Virus record (IMG/VR): IMGVR_UViG_3300021256_000009 | Reading direction: 5' to 3' (one strand) | DNA length: 64,000 bases | DNA from: an uncultured virus (IMG/VR IMGVR_UViG_3300021256_000009) | Lineage: Duplodnaviria; Heunggongvirae; Uroviricota; Caudoviricetes | Shown here: one piece after another, positions 53,169 to 62,301 of the stretch | Position numbering within the stretch: the stretch's first letter is position 1 | Layout of the letters: each line of letters begins with the position of its first letter | Notes under the pieces: model-generated | Told to the model about the DNA's origin: nothing | The model's input: only the letters and a program-made list of their open reading frames with translations | The model's database searches: none | Position numbers and translations under genes: made by a program

Positions 53169-54753
53169 TCCTCGGCTGATTCTCTGCCTGGTTCGTCACA
53201 TTCGGGACATTCGGATCGTTGGTCTGAGTCGTGGTCTTGTACTTTGCGTCCAGGGCCTTTTCCTCTTCCTTTTCCTTCATGATTTGCTCAGCGTCGCCAA
53301 GATGGCTGTTCCCGATGTCGGACATCGTCGCCTTGCGGGATTTAACACCGGCATAATACTGATCGAGCTCCATCTTGATTCTTTCTGATTCGTTCTGCGG
53401 GATCCAAATATTTTGTCCGCAGGAAATCTTGAGGTCGCCATAGGTCATGATATTACCCTCGGCCTTGCCGACCAGGCGCTTGAATACCTCGACAAGCTGC
53501 CGGACCGGTTTCGCATAGAACTTCCACCTATTCTTGCACCACTGGATGTCCGGCGCAAACATGATTTTGATGGTTGTGCTACTATCTGCTCCCTGGCGAA
53601 TGTCGACCGGCTCGACCAGAGCGGATAGCGATCCGCGAAGGATGTTGTTCCAAAGCGTGTTCAGATTCAGTGTCGCGATATTGGACGCATCCGGCGGCGC
53701 CAGGTACTTGCCGTCTGCATGAGCCAGCGAGTCCGCAGTTCCTCTTACGCCGATGGTTTTTCCGTTAATCTTGGACGGCGGGAGCGTAGTGATCTTTTCG
53801 CTCTTGAGGAAAAGGATCGGGAATGCGCTCGTCTTTACCTCCTCGGACACATAGGAGAGTGCCTTCTCGAATTTTTCGATGCTACCCTGGACCGGTCCGG
53901 TTGCGATGTCAGGCACACGGAAATAAACTACCTGCAGGATGTCATTCCCAATCTGCGCCTCCTTTCTGGAAAGCATCTTGTAACCATCTTCAGACACCTC
54001 GTTTAAGCTGGTATTATTCTTAATAATTCGGAGCACCTTGTCAATCCAGGCTTTCCCCTTCTCTTCTTCGGTGTCTACTTTTACCCAGGTCTCGCGATAT
54101 TTCACCGTGAATACATCGACAGCCGGCTTCCCGTTGAGAGTGTATGACCTGTATAAGGTTGGCTTTCCATCGTCATCTACACCAGGATATAGTGTGTCTC
54201 CTTTCTCGTAAGAAAAGACCTCGTAGTTGATCGTATTCCCGTCGTACCACCAATACAGGGCGGAATCTCCTGTCCGTTCGCAATACCCTACGGCCTCACA
54301 CCAAGCGTCCCAGAATCCGGCATAGTCCATCCAAGACTCCACCTTCTGAAACGCTTCCTCATTCTCTTTCGATTCACTGGCAATCCAAAAGTTATCTCCA
54401 GTCAAATGAGCCACCTTCTTGGAAACAATCATTTCCTGGATGGCCAGAGCGACAGTTTCGACCTCGTCATACCCGTCGAGGACCCACTTCTTTTTCCCGG
54501 TCTTCGGATCGGTTTCGTCGGTTTGCTTGTAAATCGGCCTCTGGCTCATGTACTTCGAGCTAATCTTGTGGGCCTCTGGGTAAAGCTCGTTAAGGAAGTT
54601 ATCCTGGGTAAGGTTTACATACCCAACTCCAAATCCTGCAGTTCTCGGAATTCTGTATCCAGAATTCCCTCCCAACGGCGGATACATGCCGGCGCTATCT
54701 GGTGTGACCCTCCGCACCCAATAGTCTTTCTTTAAATGTTCACTGATGTTCAT
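53161..54753 (-). CDS. Portal protein
   Basis: 530 aa downstream of terL; SPP1-like features (KYL.P, IKIMF, PQNE.E). Confidence 0.75.
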   Translation of the reverse strand: MNISEHLKKDYWVRRVTPDSAGMYPPLGGNSGYRIPRTAGFGVGYVNLTQDNFLNELYPEAHKISSKYMSQRPIYKQTDETDPKTGKKKWVLDGYDEVETVALAIQEMIVSKKVAHLTGDNFWIASESKENEEAFQKVESWMDYAGFWDAWCEAVGYCERTGDSALYWWYDGNTINYEVFSYEKGDTLYPGVDDDGKPTLYRSYTLNGKPAVDVFTVKYRETWVKVDTEEEKGKAWIDKVLRIIKNNTSLNEVSEDGYKMLSRKEAQIGNDILQVVYFRVPDIATGPVQGSIEKFEKALSYVSEEVKTSAFPILFLKSEKITTLPPSKINGKTIGVRGTADSLAHADGKYLAPPDASNIATLNLNTLWNNILRGSLSALVEPVDIRQGADSSTTIKIMFAPDIQWCKNRWKFYAKPVRQLVEVFKRLVGKAEGNIMTYGDLKISCGQNIWIPQNESERIKMELDQYYAGVKSRKATMSDIGNSHLGDAEQIMKEKEEEKALDAKYKTTTQTNDPNVPNVTNQAENQPRNK

Positions 54754-54780
54754 AGGTTAAAATCGCGATTTTATATTTTT

Positions 54781-56526
54781 CTATATATATATAACGGCGC
54801 GTCCGTCGTTATAATCTTCATAAAGTCCGTCATACGCATCGTCCTCGATCTCCGGAGACGGCTGCTTCTTGGGACGGGCGTCTAACTCCCATAATGAGCG
54901 GAGGCATATCGTATCCCACAAGTCCGGGGAATTCTTTTGGTGCCGAGCTTTGTATTCGTCTTTTGAAAGATAGTAGATACGCTTGTTTTTTGTGGTTGTG
55001 ACAAATAAGTCGATGCCGTCAAAAAGAATATCGCGGAGACTTCGAAGTTCTCCATTCTTTCCGTAAGGAATTTTATCGCTCAAATCCATGCTTGTGCTTA
55101 TCTGTCCGGTCTCAATCAAGACGGCCATTTTCCCCATAAGCTGGCTGCGAAGGTTGAAATATTGTTCAAAAGTAACGGGGTTTCCGTTCTCGTCATATTC
55201 CTGCATGGCGGTCTTGTTGGCCGTTACCGGGTTTGCGTTAATGTAGTCCTTGAGGAAGAAACCCATTCCGGTGGCATCAAACGCAAAATTCTTCAGTGGA
55301 ACGCCATATTTTGTTAGAGTCCCCTCAATCCATGGGACGATAGCCTTCATGTCTCCCACATATGTTTCAATAGCGAACCATCGCAGTCCCTTCCATATTA
55401 CCATCTGACAAGCATCTGGTTTTTTAGACGAAGCCGATCCAGATATATCCATCGTGGCATACATATTCTCGTCATCGTTGATGGGATTGCTTGTGAAGTT
55501 GAGAATCATTTGCTTCGTGATGGAAGATCGCTCGTTCTCTACCGGGCCGAAGTATGCTCCCTTTAGCACATTTCGCTGCGTCTTACCTACCGCATGAAGG
55601 TTGGCCACAGATCCACCACCAGTCGCAGCGACAAGTTTTCTATTGTCAGCGGCTTCACCGGTAAACATTGTAAAACTTTTTACCATGTCGGCTTCGGTCA
55701 ATCCTGCTGCCCGGTCTGCGTCAGAAAGTTTGATGCCGGCAGCTTTTGCGACCTCTTCTGGCGTATCTCCTACAATTACATCATTGACATCATCCCCAGC
55801 AAAGTACATGTACTTTGTTACTCCATTCATGTCCGGATAGATGTAATATGTGTCGGGATTGATATAGCCGGCAAGTAGGAGTAGAGCTGTTGTCCAATGC
55901 GTAAACTCCGGGTTAAATGACATCGCTATCTGCGGTTTCATACCGGATGAGTCTCTGTTTCGCGACATCCAATAAGTAAACATCTTGAATGTCATCGCAG
56001 TTCCTTCGTCGATCTGAATAAGGCTTGCCTGGTTTTTTTTTGCGAGTTCCTTGAAGTCTTCCCACTCCGTTGGGTTGTCCACATTAAAGTTGCTGTGGAT
56101 AAGCTGGACTGCAGAGTTGTATTTTGGCCACGCGAATGTCGGAGAGTCGCTAGAGTTAACCTCGCAGTCGGCAAAATTACCAAGCAACTCCATCGCATCC
56201 CTGTAAATAGATGTTCCCTTCTTTGAATCCGCGAGCCTCATAGAAATAAAACGGCCAGCAAATCCAGGCTTGTCCATTCCGTAAAGGAACTTCATAAGCA
56301 TTGCATACGTCTTGCCCATGGTTGCGGCACCGCAAAGAAAGATGATATTGCTATCGCACTGAAGAAAATTTTCTTGCAATCCTGGCTGTGGGATGAAGTC
56401 TACCTTCTCGCGTAAAGTGAAGTCGCCGACTTTATCCCAACCTTTGTCCTTTGCGGTCGGGAGTTTTCTTTCCACATGTTTGTACAGCGGAGGAAAGTTT
56501 GCGTCTTTGTTTACGAGTCGAAACAT
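54781..56526 (-). CDS. terL: Terminase large subunit
   Basis: PQPGLQ..F, GAATMGKT Walker A, IQIDEG Walker B, SFNP, ATMDIS, FDATG.G and SPD.WD nuclease motifs. Confidence 0.88.
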   Translation of the reverse strand: MFRLVNKDANFPPLYKHVERKLPTAKDKGWDKVGDFTLREKVDFIPQPGLQENFLQCDSNIIFLCGAATMGKTYAMLMKFLYGMDKPGFAGRFISMRLADSKKGTSIYRDAMELLGNFADCEVNSSDSPTFAWPKYNSAVQLIHSNFNVDNPTEWEDFKELAKKNQASLIQIDEGTAMTFKMFTYWMSRNRDSSGMKPQIAMSFNPEFTHWTTALLLLAGYINPDTYYIYPDMNGVTKYMYFAGDDVNDVIVGDTPEEVAKAAGIKLSDADRAAGLTEADMVKSFTMFTGEAADNRKLVAATGGGSVANLHAVGKTQRNVLKGAYFGPVENERSSITKQMILNFTSNPINDDENMYATMDISGSASSKKPDACQMVIWKGLRWFAIETYVGDMKAIVPWIEGTLTKYGVPLKNFAFDATGMGFFLKDYINANPVTANKTAMQEYDENGNPVTFEQYFNLRSQLMGKMAVLIETGQISTSMDLSDKIPYGKNGELRSLRDILFDGIDLFVTTTKNKRIYYLSKDEYKARHQKNSPDLWDTICLRSLWELDARPKKQPSPEIEDDAYDGLYEDYNDGRAVIYI

Positions 56527-56532
56527 ACATCG

Positions 56533-56575
56533 CAAAGATACGAAAAAGGGACGATTATTAGCAAATTCCATGCCC
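56533..56575 (-). promoter_or_regulatory. terL promoter region: sigma54-type motif plus -7 element
   Basis: GGGCATG-GAAT-TTGCT (56560-56575) and TATCTTTG (56533-56540) on - strand. Confidence 0.55.
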
Positions 56576-56579
56576 AACT

Positions 56580-56610
56580 TTTGTTTGTTTCAAGTTTTTT
56601 GATATATTTG
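56580..56610 (+). promoter_or_regulatory. Bacteroidota -33/-7 promoter for the capsid operon
   Basis: TTTG-N19-TATATTTG. Confidence 0.65.
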
Positions 56611-56641
56611 CGGCAAGAATTCATTTCTAACCTAAAAATAT

Positions 56642-57346
56642 ATGTTTAAGGAAAAAATCGTTGAAGGGCTCAGGGCGAAATCTGAAATCAAGCGTTTCGG
56701 GCTGAGCAACGAGGCTATTGATCGGATTGCCTCGGCGAGAGAAAAGACGGTCACAGAAGAGTCGCAGGTTGAAACCGTCCTCACGGATGCAGAGACCATG
56801 AGACTTGTTGCCGAGGAGCTGATGAAGCATCGCGACCAGGAGATCACCAAGAGAACCGAGGCGCAGAGTGCTTTTGACGCTTACAAGGTGAAGCATCCCG
56901 AAAAGCAAGAGGAAGGGGAAGAAGGGAAAGGCGGTGAAGAACAGAAACCCGACATCGCAAAGATTGTCGCGGATGCTGTCGCCGCAGCCGTAAAGCCCGT
57001 CCAGGATGCTTTCGAGACATTCAAGTCGCAGACTTCCGCGAAGGAAGCGAAGACTCTGGCGAAGGACACCTTCTACGCGAACAAGTGGACAACGAAGTTC
57101 AAGGACGAGGCAGACGACGCTTGGGAACGCGCATCCGAGCTGAACGAAGCGAAGGGTGGCAACATGACTGCCGAGGAACTTTCCAACAAGGCCATGGAGT
57201 ATTTCAAGGTTTACACCAACAGAAAGGGCACGGATGTGTCGAAGCCTTTCGAATCGGAGGGCGAACATGATGGCGACTTTGATTTCTCCGCCCAGGCTAA
57301 GTACCTCGAAGGCGAAGGTCTTCTGCCTCCCGAAGAAAAGAAGTAA
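56642..57346 (+). CDS. Capsid scaffolding protein
   Basis: Charged helical protein first in the head operon. Confidence 0.7.
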   Translation: MFKEKIVEGLRAKSEIKRFGLSNEAIDRIASAREKTVTEESQVETVLTDAETMRLVAEELMKHRDQEITKRTEAQSAFDAYKVKHPEKQEEGEEGKGGEEQKPDIAKIVADAVAAAVKPVQDAFETFKSQTSAKEAKTLAKDTFYANKWTTKFKDEADDAWERASELNEAKGGNMTAEELSNKAMEYFKVYTNRKGTDVSKPFESEGEHDGDFDFSAQAKYLEGEGLLPPEEKK

Positions 57347-57369
57347 GTTTAACCAAAAAGTTTTGACCA

Positions 57370-57741
57370 ATGAAAGACTACGGTAACTCTTTCAACAATG
57401 ACAGCCAGAATTTCGCTGCCGGAAAGGTTCCCATTTGGCTCCATGCTGACGAGTTCTATCCGGCTGGCTGCACCCTGAACAATCAGACCCAGGGTACGAC
57501 CATCCCCGCCGGCTCCGTCGTGTATGTCCCGAAGATGGGTGGCGAGGCGACTGTCCTCGCTGCTGATGCCGCCGCTCCTGAAACTGGTGTCACTGGCCTC
57601 CTCCTTGAGGATGTCTACATCGGAAATGTCGGCGCGACCGGCACCGTTGTCACCAAGGGACAGGTGCTTGCAAAGCGCATCCCGTCCATCTCTGCAGCCG
57701 TCAAGGCTCTTCTCCCTGGTATCACTTTCGTAAACGAGTAG
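57370..57741 (+). CDS. Head decoration protein
   Basis: IPAGS, GLL.EDV, A.V.KG.V...RIP pattern; precedes the capsid gene. Confidence 0.7.
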   Translation: MKDYGNSFNNDSQNFAAGKVPIWLHADEFYPAGCTLNNQTQGTTIPAGSVVYVPKMGGEATVLAADAAAPETGVTGLLLEDVYIGNVGATGTVVTKGQVLAKRIPSISAAVKALLPGITFVNE

Positions 57742-57745
57742 AACT

Positions 57746-58963
57746 ATGAATCAGTATTTTGGACTTGACACTCTGATGGCCTCCAACGGCATCACTTCGT
57801 CCGACGCCTTCATGGCGTACTACCTGCAGGTTCTCTCTCGTCGCGAGAGCCAGAATCTGAACGAAATCGGCTTCGAAGAGTGGGACACCCCGCAGATCGA
57901 CTTCGACTACAAGATGCTTGAGGTCGAAGACCAGATCAAGGTGATGGCGACCTATGTCGACCTCAACTCCGATCCGATTCCTCTCGGAACCAAGGGCTTC
58001 AACACCCTGAGCGGTTCCATCCCTCGCCAGAAGGCTCGCTGGGAGCTTGGTGAAAACGACTACCGCAAGGAGCTGATCACCCTGCAGAACATCCAGGTGT
58101 CCGCCACCTTCATGAACCAGTCTCCCGCTGACGGTATCAAGAACTACCTCGCCAAGCTTCTCTTCGGCGGTCTGTCCGAGATTCAGGACGCCCACATCGG
58201 CTCCATCTCCTACCAGGTCGGCCAGATGAAGTCTGCTGGTGCTGTCACTTTGACCAACACCAACAACCCTCGCGGTATCCAGAACATCACCTTCAGCGCC
58301 CAGATCCCCCAGGCGAACATCACCACGCTGACCTCCACGAAGAAATGGTTCACCTCCGAAGCCAAGACCACTGAAGGTTCTGCGTCCGATCCGGTCAATG
58401 ACCTCAAGAAGATGGTTCGCGACGCGAAGGAAGTGTACGACTCTGTGACCGTCGAGGTGAACGAGTCCTCCTTCTTCGAGGACATGAAGCACAGCAAGTG
58501 GAAGATCGCCCTGGGATACCAGATGACTCCTTCCCTGCTTGTCTCCGCCGGCATGACCGCTGAGGCTCAGGCGACCGCCGCCGCTATCGCTGACACCGCT
58601 TCTGACGACGCCATCAAAGCCGCTTTCAAGGCCATTATCGGCGCCGACGAGGTCCTGTACAGCAAGACCCGCTGTGGTGTCGAGGTGTGGGATGACACTC
58701 AGAAGAAGCTCGTGCGAAACAAGCTCTGGGCCTTCAACAAGAACACCTATCTGGTGCGTCCTTCCGGAAAGGTCGGCATCAAGAAGAATGTCGTTCCGCT
58801 CCGTCCGGACCCGAGCGCGATCAGCGCGACGATCTTCGGAGGTCACGGCATCATCGAGTACCGGTACGATGCCCGCACCAAGTATCAGGACTGGGTTTCC
58901 GAACTCACCGTGCTGTGCGTTCCTACCCGTCCTCGTGACATGTTTATCCTTCATACGATTTAG
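57746..58963 (+). CDS. Major capsid protein (lambda gpE-like)
   Basis: 405 aa, biased codons, W.....ASDP..DL motif, position. Confidence 0.85.
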   Translation: MNQYFGLDTLMASNGITSSDAFMAYYLQVLSRRESQNLNEIGFEEWDTPQIDFDYKMLEVEDQIKVMATYVDLNSDPIPLGTKGFNTLSGSIPRQKARWELGENDYRKELITLQNIQVSATFMNQSPADGIKNYLAKLLFGGLSEIQDAHIGSISYQVGQMKSAGAVTLTNTNNPRGIQNITFSAQIPQANITTLTSTKKWFTSEAKTTEGSASDPVNDLKKMVRDAKEVYDSVTVEVNESSFFEDMKHSKWKIALGYQMTPSLLVSAGMTAEAQATAAAIADTASDDAIKAAFKAIIGADEVLYSKTRCGVEVWDDTQKKLVRNKLWAFNKNTYLVRPSGKVGIKKNVVPLRPDPSAISATIFGGHGIIEYRYDARTKYQDWVSELTVLCVPTRPRDMFILHTI

Positions 58964-58965
58964 TT

Positions 58966-59373
58966 ATGACTGTCGAAGAGTATCTGCGTAGTTTGGTCCC
59001 TGGTCTCGATCTCCAGGACACGGTTGTCGCCCGCGCCGCTAGAAGTCCCATCGAGGTAAAACTCGAGCGACTGGAAATCGACGAGGATATCGACGACTAT
59101 GACGAGGACGAAGAGTTCCAGAAACGGCTGGACTATGCCTCTTCGACAATCTACTATTCGGTGCTGGGAGTTTTCGCCGGCGGCGGTTATTCCGAACAGG
59201 TCGGAGATGTACGCGCCTCTCGGGGCGGATACACCATTACGATGGCGGACAGGGCTCGCTTCAAAGCAATGGGCGATGCCCTCCGCCTCAAATGGGGCTT
59301 CGATGTTGAAGAGGATGACTCCTCCAGCGAGATGTACGACGCGAGTTCTTTGAGAAGAAATGCAGTTTATTGA
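58966..59373 (+). CDS. Head-tail adaptor
   Basis: MTVEEYL..., SEQVGD; follows the capsid gene. Confidence 0.65.
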   Translation: MTVEEYLRSLVPGLDLQDTVVARAARSPIEVKLERLEIDEDIDDYDEDEEFQKRLDYASSTIYYSVLGVFAGGGYSEQVGDVRASRGGYTITMADRARFKAMGDALRLKWGFDVEEDDSSSEMYDASSLRRNAVY

Positions 59374-59698
59374 GTTTCGCGACACTTGCGTTATCTCAAG
59401 GGATAACGGCGGAAGGGATGAGTGGGATAACCCGATCAACCCGGAGACAATCTATGCCGGTCCTTGCCTTTACGAGGAGGGCGGCACAGGATACTCTAGG
59501 ACATTTGTGACGAGAAATCCTCTTATCTTCATCCCCGGCGTTGATGTCCAGGTGCGGATTAACGACTCTGTGGAAGTGACCACCGAGTTCGGACGGGTGA
59601 TCAAATCCGTCAGCCGTATCGTCAGGGACATCAACATGCCATGGAGAACCAATGTGAAGCTGACTCGAATCGAACTGAAACAAGCACAAGGAGACTAG
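59360..59698 (+). CDS. Head closure protein
   Basis: DTC.I.R...RDEW.NP; position. Confidence 0.6.
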   Translation: MQFIEFRDTCVISRDNGGRDEWDNPINPETIYAGPCLYEEGGTGYSRTFVTRNPLIFIPGVDVQVRINDSVEVTTEFGRVIKSVSRIVRDINMPWRTNVKLTRIELKQAQGD

Positions 59699-59699
59699 G

Positions 59700-60290
59700 A
59701 TGGCAAGGTACGGCAAATCTGTTAGATGGAGTAAATCAGTGAAGGGTTTCACTGAGGCCCTGGGTTATGCCGGAGAACACCTGAATAACTGGGCTAAGAT
59801 GTGGATGTCTGAAGCCGTCCAGGACTCTCTGTCTCAGATTGACGCAGACTGGGACAGGCACACGGAAGCGAAAAGCAAAACCGGGAAGAGAATGTCTTTC
59901 GGCGGATCTCACTTCTATCCATGGTACTCTGGTAACCTTCACGATAGCGTCGCTGGCATAGTATCGGATAGACACAGAACTGTTGCTATCCATTATATGC
60001 CTGAAGACGCTGACGGGATCCAGACCTATGGCGGTATGCCTATCGTCGGTTCAGAGTGGGCTATCCGCGAAGCTCAGAATATGCAGCGAGTCCTTCATTT
60101 TTATCCTGGGGTAGCAGCCACCGTCGTCGTAGGAGTACCATACGCAGATAAGGTTGACCAGATGCCTGAACACTCTGGCTATATGCGAGAACTTGCCGTC
60201 CAGTTCGCATCGAATGTCGAAGATTACTTCACAAAGCGTGCCGGAGAATATCGTACTCGTGTGTTCGTAGCTGACAAGAAGAAGAAATGA
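59700..60290 (+). CDS. Neck/tail completion protein (gp10-like)
   Basis: SGNL.DS, VVG.PYA motifs. Confidence 0.6.
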   Translation: MARYGKSVRWSKSVKGFTEALGYAGEHLNNWAKMWMSEAVQDSLSQIDADWDRHTEAKSKTGKRMSFGGSHFYPWYSGNLHDSVAGIVSDRHRTVAIHYMPEDADGIQTYGGMPIVGSEWAIREAQNMQRVLHFYPGVAATVVVGVPYADKVDQMPEHSGYMRELAVQFASNVEDYFTKRAGEYRTRVFVADKKKK

Positions 60291-60790
60291 TCAAACCCTC
60301 ATCCATAGAACCAGATGTTGAACTGCGGGATGTCCTGCAGGCATTGAACATCCATGTGGAGACTGTAAACGGCTCCCAGGAGAAAGTGGATGTCTACGGC
60401 GACTGGGAACGGTCTACCAATGACCTCCCTACCGACTTCATCGTTGTGTACAAGAACGGTACTATCGGTGGCGTCGGAATGGAGGTGGACTATGCGAGTG
60501 GTTACATCATGGTCAGTCTGTACTCAAAGATGAATGACGATGGATCTGTCAAGAAGAATCGTACGAAGAAACTGCTGAGTCAAATCGACGAAATATTCAT
60601 AGAGCGTATAAAAGATCCTGAGACTAATCATGTGACGGAGCACTACAAAAACCTCGTTACCGACAAATATGTCTACAAATACGACGCCCCGCGATTCATA
60701 ACTCCCACGACACCGAATCAAACATCGGGATATTCAGTCACCACACTTAACCTTATGTGGCATACAAGAAACAATTTTAACTCTGAATAA
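60287..60790 (+). CDS. Tail terminator
   Basis: Position before the tail tube. Confidence 0.55.
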   Translation: MIKPSSIEPDVELRDVLQALNIHVETVNGSQEKVDVYGDWERSTNDLPTDFIVVYKNGTIGGVGMEVDYASGYIMVSLYSKMNDDGSVKKNRTKKLLSQIDEIFIERIKDPETNHVTEHYKNLVTDKYVYKYDAPRFITPTTPNQTSGYSVTTLNLMWHTRNNFNSE

Positions 60791-60792
60791 CT

Positions 60793-61383
60793 ATGGCTAT
60801 TGCAAAATTCGAAAATGCTCAGAAGCTGTTCGCAGGACAGGGCGACCTGGTAATCTTCGACGAAATCGCCGACTACGCTGGAGCAACGCTTTCCAGCCTT
60901 ACCGGTCCTAAGTCTCTGGGTCAGATTGTCCAGGACTCCACCACCTGGGAAGGCGAGGACATCTCCACCGACGAAATCCTCGACGAGCAGGGTAACCTCA
61001 TCACCGCCCGCGTCACCGCCGGTACGCTCGGTTTCTCCTTCGATATCGCCTCCACCTCCCCCGCGATGGTCAAGACTTTCCTGAAGGGTGTGGACATCAC
61101 CGGAACCTCCCTTTCCGGTCTTTTCTGGGATGGCGACACCGCTGACAACACCGTCACCGCTGTCGGCTTCGGCACCGCTCTCCCTGTGATGACCCGCCCG
61201 ATCGGCATCCTGAACGATGAGCTGAACCGCGCCTGGATTTATCCGAAGGCGAAGATCACCGCCAACCTAACGCTGGCGGACGGTCTGTGGCGCATCCACG
61301 CTGTTGTCCTCGCCGAAAATGTGGACAACCGCAACGACCAGGGACAGACCGTCCTTGCGACCGGTATGATCGTGGAGAAGTAA
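60793..61383 (+). CDS. Major tail tube protein
   Basis: 196 aa, biased codons, terminator downstream, precedes chaperone and tape measure. Confidence 0.75.
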   Translation: MAIAKFENAQKLFAGQGDLVIFDEIADYAGATLSSLTGPKSLGQIVQDSTTWEGEDISTDEILDEQGNLITARVTAGTLGFSFDIASTSPAMVKTFLKGVDITGTSLSGLFWDGDTADNTVTAVGFGTALPVMTRPIGILNDELNRAWIYPKAKITANLTLADGLWRIHAVVLAENVDNRNDQGQTVLATGMIVEK

Positions 61384-61408
61384 CCACCTAAACCAACCTT
61401 TCTCACCT

Positions 61409-61440
61409 GGGGCGGGCCTTGCGCCCGTCCCTTTTCTTTT
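61409..61440 (+). terminator. Intrinsic terminator
   Basis: GGGGCGGGC/GCCCGTCCC followed by a T-tract. Confidence 0.8.
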
Positions 61441-61444
61441 AGAT

Positions 61445-61978
61445 ATGGAAAAATCCGCAAGTGAAAGATTTCTTAACGGCGCGTATGAGACGATTACTGG
61501 GGCGCCATGCACGGTCGTGATTGGCCGGAGGAAATACAAGGTCCGGCAGGTTGCCCAAGCCGTAAAAGAAAAGATTGCGCTTCTAGAACAAGAGGCGCAA
61601 GTACTTGAAGCAAAAGGCAAGCAGGGCGTGTCGCAGAAGGAAGCAAAGAAGATTACGCGAAAGCTGTTTTCTCTGCACTCTAAAAAGGCGGCGTATTACT
61701 TGCTCGGGAACTGGGCTCTATTTGTTCCAGGACTTTGGTGGCTAAAATGGCACATCCTTCAGCTTCGTGGAAACGAGACGACATTCAGAATCAACGAGGC
61801 GGGAGTCGTTAGTGCAGACCTGGGTTTTTCCAAGGCCAACTGGGATATCTCAAAGCAGGAACGCGAGCTTTATATGAGACCGGTTGGCGACGCCGCCAGG
61901 CAAACGCTAGAGCGGCTGGAAAGCGTAATGAATATGTTGGAAGAGGACGCTTTGGGGATAAAGGAGGAAAACAAATAG
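61445..61978 (+). CDS. Tail assembly chaperone (G-like)
   Basis: Between tail tube and tape measure; contains slippery site. Confidence 0.75.
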   Translation: MEKSASERFLNGAYETITGAPCTVVIGRRKYKVRQVAQAVKEKIALLEQEAQVLEAKGKQGVSQKEAKKITRKLFSLHSKKAAYYLLGNWALFVPGLWWLKWHILQLRGNETTFRINEAGVVSADLGFSKANWDISKQERELYMRPVGDAARQTLERLESVMNMLEEDALGIKEENK

Positions 61979-62301
61979 GGAGTGCATTCCTATCCTCCGA
62001 GCACAACGAAAGGATTAAGCATATTTACGGAAACTTCGGTTTCTGGTCGTGGTTCAGGTACTGGTATGTAGATTCCGCGAATTATGTAACAATGTTGTTA
62101 CTTGACAAGAGTTACTTTGACTACGATTATGAAAAGACAGAGCGGGAAGAAATCATTAAGTGGGAAGATACCGTGCGCTCGGATGAGGAAATCCGCGACA
62201 TTATGGCCGGCTTCGGAATCGGCGTAAAGCGAAAGAAGAAGCCAGAAACTTTGGAAGAAATTCAAAATCACATCATAAAACAAGAAAGTTATGGCAGTTG
62301 A
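61822..62301 (+). CDS. -1 frameshift extension of the chaperone (GT-like)
   Basis: G-GGT-TTT heptamer at 61822-61828; -1 frame open 61813-62301. Confidence 0.7.
   Translation, partial: GFFQGQLGYLKAGTRALYETGWRRRQANARAAGKRNEYVGRGRFGDKGGKQIGSAFLSSEHNERIKHIYGNFGFWSWFRYWYVDSANYVTMLLLDKSYFDYDYEKTEREEIIKWEDTVRSDEEIRDIMAGFGIGVKRKKKPETLEEIQNHIIKQESYGS

Noticed and set aside
57722..58954. Long antisense ORFs opposite capsid and other genes (also 179-859, 47702-48364, 56627-57370)
   Set aside because: Shadow frames caused by codon bias of the real sense genes.
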